Origin: a virus
Strand: one strand, 5' to 3'
IMG/VR virus record: IMGVR_UViG_3300037264_003213
Location: 17,848-81,847 of that record
DNA length: 64,000 nucleotides
Part shown: positions 59,907 to 64,000 of the stretch, piece by piece
How positions within the stretch are numbered: position 1 is the stretch's first letter
Layout: every line of letters starts with the position of its first letter
Position numbers and translations under genes: made by a program
The notes under the pieces: generated by a model
Databases searched by the model: none
What the model saw: the letters and a program-made list of their open reading frames with translations, nothing else
Told to the model about the DNA's origin: nothing

Positions 59907-60083
59907 ATGGAACAAGAGCTTAAAAATATCTATGAAAAGGTACTTAAGGAATGCACTAATGGACATTTTCACGAAGATTTGAGAATTTTATATCAAGCGC
60001 AAAATCGTAACAAAATTGATTGGGTACGATTCCCTTTTTGGGCAGTCCCAAACGCAGAAGTAGAGGGGTGCCATGAAGGATAA
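59907..60083 (+). CDS. small hypothetical protein (58 aa; not in ORF track)
   Basis: TAAATA and GAGGTG upstream; MEQELKNIYE...GCHEG. Confidence 0.55.
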   Translation: MEQELKNIYEKVLKECTNGHFHEDLRILYQAQNRNKIDWVRFPFWAVPNAEVEGCHEG

Positions 60084-60348
60084 CGTATACGCCAAGAAAA
60101 GCCGTGCGGAATATATGTATCTTATTCCCGAACTAAAGAAATGGTTGGGTGTAGATTGTATAGTATTCTTCAAGAAAGTCAAAGCAGAACCCAATGACGC
60201 ATGGAATGAAGGTGGTATTCCGCACTGCATTCACTCACTAGAAAGAATGCAAATTAGAAATAAATTAAGAGACATGACCAATAATGAATGGTCAGTTTAT
60301 GAATACGACAATACTTGGACTGATATAATCGAGGAATGTATATGCTAA
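60073..60348 (+). CDS. hypothetical protein
   Basis: 91-aa ORF. Confidence 0.55.
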   Translation: MKDNVYAKKSRAEYMYLIPELKKWLGVDCIVFFKKVKAEPNDAWNEGGIPHCIHSLERMQIRNKLRDMTNNEWSVYEYDNTWTDIIEECIC

Positions 60349-60542
60349 CGTTGTATTATGTTCAGGTCCGTCGAGGCGGATTCCAGAACCCTGCGCCGTG
60401 GGGCGATAAAGGGAATCCATTTCATACTTTGGCATCAGCTAAGGATCATGTTAAAGGCATCGCTGAAATGGCGGATGCGCAAAACTGTGTTATTGACTAT
60501 ATGATTACTGATGAGTCGGGAAACGTTATTGCGAGTGGCTAA
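60342..60542 (+). CDS. hypothetical protein
   Basis: GAGG SD. Confidence 0.55.
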   Translation: MLTLYYVQVRRGGFQNPAPWGDKGNPFHTLASAKDHVKGIAEMADAQNCVIDYMITDESGNVIASG

Positions 60543-60629
60543 TGATACAATTCTACAAAATAACTGGATTTATAGCACTAATGGCTGGATGGCCATTAGC
60601 CTATTTATATCCAGATTTATACCCGACAC

Positions 60630-60857
60630 TTATTTGTTGGGGCTATACTGGCGGCGCATATGCTCTTGCCATCCATCGTTTAGAGCAAGCGCTCGCTTTG
60701 TCCTCTCAGAAAAATCCTTGAGATAAGCCGCATATTCTTCATCGTTAAGGTCGTATTGAAGTCGGCACGACTCCAATAGAACTGCACAAGATGCCCGTGA
60801 CCACTTACGGTCAATTCCTTCTAATTTAGGCGTTCTGTCTAGCCAATAGTTTTTCAT
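60630..60857 (-). CDS. hypothetical protein
   Basis: MKNYWLDR..., overlapping the lat stop. Confidence 0.6.
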   Translation of the reverse strand: MKNYWLDRTPKLEGIDRKWSRASCAVLLESCRLQYDLNDEEYAAYLKDFSERTKRALALNDGWQEHMRRQYSPNK

Positions 60858-62107
60858 AAGCAGCCCCTTACAGCATTAACAGTTACATCTACTTCATCTT
60901 TGTTAAACGTTAAGTGTGGTCTAAATCGTATGGATTTTTCGCCACATTTCAAGCAGAAGATTCGCTCATTCAGTTTGGTCAAGAATTTGTTACGTTCTTC
61001 GGTTGTGGGAAGGTCGAAGGCTACCATTAGCCCCCGACCTCTCACATTTTTAAGCGGCAATTTAGCTAACTGTTCCAAAAAGTAACTTCCAACCTCTTTA
61101 GCGTTATTGACAAGATTATCTTCTTCGATAATCTTAAAGTAAGCAGTTGCACGGACCATATCAACTAAATTACCACCCCAGGTCGAATTAATACGGCCTG
61201 AAACTGTGAAGACATTATTAGGCACTTCATCAATTCTGCGAGTTGAGCAGAACCCACAAACCTGAGTTTTCTTGCCAAAGCAAATCATATCAGGAATGAT
61301 ATTGAAGTGTTCGTAGGCCCACATTTTACCTGTTAGACCTACACCTGTTTGTACTTCGTCTAATATGAGCATAGCCTCATATCGGTCAGCCAAATTCCTG
61401 AGCGCCTGAAAATATTCAGGTCTAAAGTGGTTGTCACCCCCTTCGCCTTGGATAGTCTCAAGAATTATAGCGGCGACCTTCTTATTCTTCAAAGCCGTTT
61501 CAGCCTGGTCTAAACTAAATGCTTCCAAAGCATGAACATTGAGTTCTTCAGTGACCTTTGGATTCAATATCCTGGTCCACGGGAACTTAGGATACCATTT
61601 AGTTTTAACAACACCTGTATTTGTTAATGAAAGTGTGTAACCGCTTCTACCATGAAAAGCTTCATTTAAGTGGATTACGTCTAGTTGGTCATTTGTATTG
61701 TGATCGTTGTGGTAATTATCCCAGCCTAGCTTTTGTGCCTTCCAGTCAAATGCAGCTTTTAATGCATTCTCCACGCCGAGTGTACCACCAGAAACAAAGA
61801 AATAGTGGGTAAAATCTGGAGTTATATTCGAAAAAACAGTAACAAATGTGTTATAAGGATCAGAATATAGATCAGAATTGCTAATGTTATGAAAAACGAC
61901 ATCGGTGAGTTTTTTCTTGTATTCATTGAGTTTTGGGTAATTCCATCCTAAAGGTTGACTAGCATGAAGTGAGTAACAATCCAGGTATTCTTTGTCTGTA
62001 TTTGCATCAACAAACCAAGACCCATGACTCTTTTTCAAGTCAGCGACATGAGCGAAACCATCAGTAAGAATAAACTTGGCTAAGTTCTTATGTATATCTT
62101 TCTTCAT
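60854..62107 (-). CDS. lat: L-lysine 6-aminotransferase (class III PLP)
   Basis: VENALKAAFDWK, AFHGRSGYTLSLTNT, QGEGGDNHF, DEVQTG, FGKKTQVCG, RINSTWGG. Confidence 0.9.
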   Translation of the reverse strand: MKKDIHKNLAKFILTDGFAHVADLKKSHGSWFVDANTDKEYLDCYSLHASQPLGWNYPKLNEYKKKLTDVVFHNISNSDLYSDPYNTFVTVFSNITPDFTHYFFVSGGTLGVENALKAAFDWKAQKLGWDNYHNDHNTNDQLDVIHLNEAFHGRSGYTLSLTNTGVVKTKWYPKFPWTRILNPKVTEELNVHALEAFSLDQAETALKNKKVAAIILETIQGEGGDNHFRPEYFQALRNLADRYEAMLILDEVQTGVGLTGKMWAYEHFNIIPDMICFGKKTQVCGFCSTRRIDEVPNNVFTVSGRINSTWGGNLVDMVRATAYFKIIEEDNLVNNAKEVGSYFLEQLAKLPLKNVRGRGLMVAFDLPTTEERNKFLTKLNERIFCLKCGEKSIRFRPHLTFNKDEVDVTVNAVRGCL

Positions 62108-62108
62108 A

Positions 62109-62372
62109 TTAAATCCAACCAGTCCTAAATGCTTTGTCTAATTCTTGTGCGGTTACTTGACGACCAACCATATCACAGACGCATTCTATGAAGTGTCTTT
62201 CTATGTCTAGCAATGCCGCTTTTTTATATTCTATGCCCAATGCAGAGATTTTATTGAGAGCCTCAACGTCTACAGAATAATCTAGCATAACATCATCAAT
62301 AAAAATAGCTTTAACAACCTTGCCTTCTTCCGTCTTTTTGAACTTAACTTCTAATTTCTTTTTACCATCCAT
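62109..62372 (-). CDS. hypothetical protein
   Basis: 87-aa ORF. Confidence 0.65.
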   Translation of the reverse strand: MDGKKKLEVKFKKTEEGKVVKAIFIDDVMLDYSVDVEALNKISALGIEYKKAALLDIERHFIECVCDMVGRQVTAQELDKAFRTGWI

Positions 62373-62401
62373 AACTTATTAGAGTTTACTCATTTGAATT
62401 C

Positions 62402-63463
62402 ATGGCGATTAAAATATTTTTACATATTCCAGATGATAAAGCCTGCACAGTTTATAGGGCGACATTGCCTATGTTGCATTTATATAATGATTTAAGTTTA
62501 CACGGTATTCATATAACTGGAGACGTTAAAACTCTTCCTTGTGAAAAATTTGATATATTTGTATTTAACAGATTAATACGACCCAATTTTTATCAAGAGG
62601 TTATAGCTCCTTGGCTAGAGCAAGGAAAGAAGTTCGCTTGGCAAGCCGACGATGATTTGTGGCAGATAACCGAGTGGAATCCAGTCCACACATTACTTAA
62701 TGAACACGACCTTCTTGCTACAGAACTTTATATTAGCAAGTGTGAATATGCTTGGGTAAGCACAGAACCTCTAGCAAAAGTGATAAACGCACCAGAGAAG
62801 ACAAAGGTTCTACCTAATTTGGTTGACGTTAATCATTATGATGCCAAAATAGAACACTCAACTACGGGACCACTCAAAATCGTCTGGTGTGGGTCTTCAA
62901 GTCACGACAAGGATTTTGAGGCGGTTATCAAACCAATTATCAAAATCCTTGAAAAACACAAACAAGATATTGCTGTTATATTTTGGGGTTATTTACCTAC
63001 TGAGCTTGCTAATTTCGAAAGACAGCCAGGTTTTCCACACGCAGACTTAGTTCCTAAATATGAAAATCTATATTGTGGAGAGTGGTTCTCGCACCGCGAA
63101 TATTTCTATAAATTAAGGCACTTAAAGCCAGATATTGCCATCATGCCATTAGATGATTGTGTATTTAATCACTCAAAAAGCAACCTAAAATATCTCGAAA
63201 TGTCAATGGCTGGGGCTGCATGTATTGCTACTGATTTGCCACCCTACGATTGCATTACAAATAAGGAAAACGGTTTGTTGGTGAAACCAGGGGATGAACA
63301 GGGCTGGTTTGATGCTTTGGATGAATTAATCCAGAATAGAGAATACAGATTGAAGCTAAATGATAATGCCCGTGATCTGATTCACCAGAAATACACATGG
63401 CAAAGCCCTGCCCGACAGCTTTGGTTACAAGCCTATTTGGATTTAGTTAGTCGCCACCAGTAG
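62402..63463 (+). CDS. glycosyltransferase family 4-like
   Basis: YRATLP, DDDL, WCGSSSH, FNHSKSNLKYLE, NGLLV. Confidence 0.85.
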   Translation: MAIKIFLHIPDDKACTVYRATLPMLHLYNDLSLHGIHITGDVKTLPCEKFDIFVFNRLIRPNFYQEVIAPWLEQGKKFAWQADDDLWQITEWNPVHTLLNEHDLLATELYISKCEYAWVSTEPLAKVINAPEKTKVLPNLVDVNHYDAKIEHSTTGPLKIVWCGSSSHDKDFEAVIKPIIKILEKHKQDIAVIFWGYLPTELANFERQPGFPHADLVPKYENLYCGEWFSHREYFYKLRHLKPDIAIMPLDDCVFNHSKSNLKYLEMSMAGAACIATDLPPYDCITNKENGLLVKPGDEQGWFDALDELIQNREYRLKLNDNARDLIHQKYTWQSPARQLWLQAYLDLVSRHQ

Positions 63464-63698
63464 CGGTTCTACCACCATAGACACCCTTCCAGAAATATGG
63501 CTTAAATTTGCCATTATATGCATATGGCTTACAATTTACATCTCTAGGGTCAAGATACACAAGTGCATCGGCAGACCAAGTTGCAATAACTTGGGGAGGA
63601 TAATTCATGAATTGTGTGTAAAGTGGTGGATAAAGCATGTCTGCGTCAGGATGCGTAGCGACATTATTCTCCATCCACAATCTGAAATTCAATCCCAT
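63447..63698 (-). CDS. small protein with capsid-targeting-like N-terminus
   Basis: MGLNFRLWMEN; TATATA 4 nt before ATG. Confidence 0.65.
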   Translation of the reverse strand: MGLNFRLWMENNVATHPDADMLYPPLYTQFMNYPPQVIATWSADALVYLDPRDVNCKPYAYNGKFKPYFWKGVYGGRTATGGD

Positions 63699-63774
63699 AT
63701 CTTATATATTGACAAATTTATCAATTTCTGTTGTTATATTCCTATGACTAACCAGATCGAAAGGAAAAATTGTC

Positions 63775-64000
63775 GTGGACGATGAAGAATTATTAGGTAA
63801 AATAGCATTTGAGTGGCGTGGAATGTGTAAAATTCGCACTAAGTTCATGGATGATTATGCGCAAGCAGTTAATCGGCTCATAAACAGCGGTAAGTGGTTT
63901 GAAATGCCACCGCTAGAAGATCAACTTCCCGATTACCTGATGCCGCAACAGTTTTATGAATATTGGAATCTTGAAAGAAAGCCTAAGCCAATTGATTATG
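63775..64000 (+). CDS. hypothetical protein (3'-truncated)
   Basis: GAAAGGA SD, then GTG GAC GAT GAA...; frame open to the window end. Confidence 0.55.
   Translation, partial: MDDEELLGKIAFEWRGMCKIRTKFMDDYAQAVNRLINSGKWFEMPPLEDQLPDYLMPQQFYEYWNLERKPKPIDY

Overview
64 kb, AT-rich, gene-dense segment of a large (jumbo-type) T4-superfamily tailed phage read in the standard genetic code. The head module is clear: terminase large subunit (22414-24252), intein-containing portal (26157-28721), prohead protease, scaffold and major capsid protein (33198-36277). Around it lie a primase, a Cas4/RecB-like nuclease, several homing-type endonucleases (HNH, GIY-YIG, TnsA-like) and an actin-fold ATPase. There is a dispersed glycan-building kit (5-6 glycosyltransferases, 2 sulfotransferase-like proteins, sugar aminotransferase, acetyltransferase), auxiliary metabolic genes (glpX, Rieske choline-monooxygenase-like, lysine 6-aminotransferase, ferritin-like) and candidate counter-defence enzymes (Acb1-like 2H phosphoesterase, ADP-ribosylglycohydrolase, MazG-like). 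The most striking pattern is about ten otherwise unrelated orphan genes that share an N-terminal M-x-F-x-x-W-h-(x)-E peptide resembling the T4 capsid-targeting sequence, most with a TAnATA late-promoter core 4-6 nt before the start codon. A second upstream motif (ACTMTAWTA) marks another gene set. No tRNA, rRNA or CRISPR array was recognised. All calls come from reading motifs by eye; no database searches were run.
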